Source of the DNA: Podarcis erhardii
Lineage: Eukaryota
Direction: 5' to 3' (one strand)
Assembly (NCBI GenBank): GCA_964252035.1
Contig: OZ176203.1
Length of the DNA stretch: 64,000 nt
Every line of letters starts with the position of its first letter. Position 1 is the stretch's first letter. Below are positions 62,424 through 64,000 of the stretch, one piece after another. A model generated the notes under the pieces. It had not been told where the DNA came from. It searched no databases and saw only the letters and a program-made list of their open reading frames with translations. A program made the translations under genes and the position numbers.

Positions 62424-63109
62424 TACTTTTATTATTTATAATTTTAACACTGTTGTACCATGAACTGAAACCAGCTGGTGAAGGGTGGGTGTTAATAATA
62501 AATATTATACAAACTCTGATAACAAAAAATACCGCCTCCAGGGTAACTAAACTCTGGATACAATAGATATGAATGAAATAATTATGAAATAATTAGAATC
62601 CAGCTATCTGAGTATAAACAAATGTGTAGCAATGTATCATCAAATTGCAGCCTTTGATCTTTGACTCTTTGCATTATCTGCCACTTTTATGTCAACTTCT
62701 AGTTACTCTGTTTAAGGCTCTCCTACCTTCATCTGCCCCAATTCTCCATCTCAGGGCCTAATTTGATTTCTGCCTTCTGTAGTCCCCACCATAGTCAACA
62801 CCAGCTGCTCCCTCTGCCTCAAACAGATGGTGGGTCAGTCCAGATGTGATACCAAAGCATGAATTGTTACAGGAACAAGCCCTGTGTTCATGTGCTGCTT
62901 TCCCCTCACATTTAGTAAGAATAGAATAAGGCTTAAAAATGTGTTGTTTAGCTTTCAGAAATGAGGTGGCTAGTTACAAGTCCTATTTTTAAAAAATTAG
63001 TAACAAAAACTCATTAAACCGACTTTTGTAGAGTTACTAGATTTTAATATGGAGAAATGTCATTGTTCTACAAAATAAATTTGTCACTGAATGTCTATAA
63101 GTACTCCAA

Positions 63110-63231
63110 AAGTGATTCATGTGTTATGAACTGAGGCTGGTATGTGTGCGTAACTGTTCACACAAATGATTTGCTTGCGTGATGCGTATTCATAAAGGAG
63201 GTGACTCATGAAAGACATGGTGGGAACTTCC
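63110..63231. promoter_or_regulatory. Candidate intronic enhancer (XRE, AP-1, NF-kB motifs)
   Basis: TTGCGTG 63175-63181, TGACTCA 63202-63208, GGGAACTTCC 63222-63231, TGATTCA 63113-63119. Confidence 0.35.
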
Positions 63232-64000
63232 ATGAGCAGAGAAAATGAGTATGTCAGCTTTTTAGAAGTTACACTTCAAATACTGGCTTGTGGAAACAAG
63301 GAGTTGTGTCTTTCCTCTCCCCAAATCTGTTCCAGGGAGTCCTCCAATGAATTGGAGCAGACTTTGAGGGTGCACAGGGGGCTGTAGGGGAAAAGAGAGC
63401 AAGAAGATCTGCTAGGCAAGTGAAGGTACGGTGTGTGAGCGGAACAGCTTCTGCACATAGTCAAGCTGTTTCAGAATGAATGAAATTATAAGGACATGTT
63501 TCTACAGAATTCTTTTATGAGTTAAGAGTTCTACTAAACAGTGAAAATCTTACCAATATTATACTAAATCCACTACATAAATTGCCATACGAGTTAGTTG
63601 TTTTATGTTTGCTAACATGTCAAAAAAAGGGGGGGAATCAGTGATAGAGATATGAATTCAGGACATCAAGAATTCACGGTAGTCTTGCAGCAGTTTCTCT
63701 GACCTCGTGTGGAGGATTTTTCATTAGTATGTTTTTATAATACATAAAAGAGATAGAAATAAAAACTTGTAAGATTGTGATGTTTATGACATTAGAACAG
63801 CATAATTACCAGTCAACAACTAATATTTGGAAATTTGAAAGTGCTGAGATGATATGGGCCTAGAATATACAACTGTGGTAACACTTCTGTCCTTGGAACA
63901 GTAAATAACTTCCACAGTATTTTCACACACCCCTTTGCCACCACAATATAGGTATCCTTGATGCATATCTGGTTCTCGATCAAGTGATCCTGAGATCTCA

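Overview
Vertebrate (squamate, probably lacertid lizard; inferred from the L2/CR1/L1 and MITE repeat landscape) genomic DNA. The only host protein-coding sequence is NRIP1 (RIP140, nuclear-receptor corepressor): a single coding exon on the minus strand, ATG at 60256 to TAA at 56747 (1169 aa). Its splice acceptor is at 60598/60599, followed by a uORF-dense 342-nt leader; the 3'UTR is about 5 kb with a likely poly(A) signal at 51760-51765. Bases 1-51700 are gene-free downstream sequence filled with MITEs (Tc1/mariner with TA TSDs, hAT with 8-bp TSDs, palindromic elements), truncated LINEs and microsatellites. No intact transposase, RNA gene, CRISPR array or viral gene is visible. The most notable unexplained signal is a homotypic cluster of nuclear-receptor response elements at 19334-19764: 8 perfect RGKTCA half-sites and four DR2 elements that share an AA spacer, plus DR1s. 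It is a candidate distal hormone/retinoid feedback enhancer for NRIP1. Other leads are the uORF array, a compact XRE/AP-1/NF-kB intronic element, miR-30 and Pumilio sites in the 3'UTR, an internally deleted CR1, and a nested inverted-repeat structure. All regulatory calls are motif-based inference, not demonstrated function.
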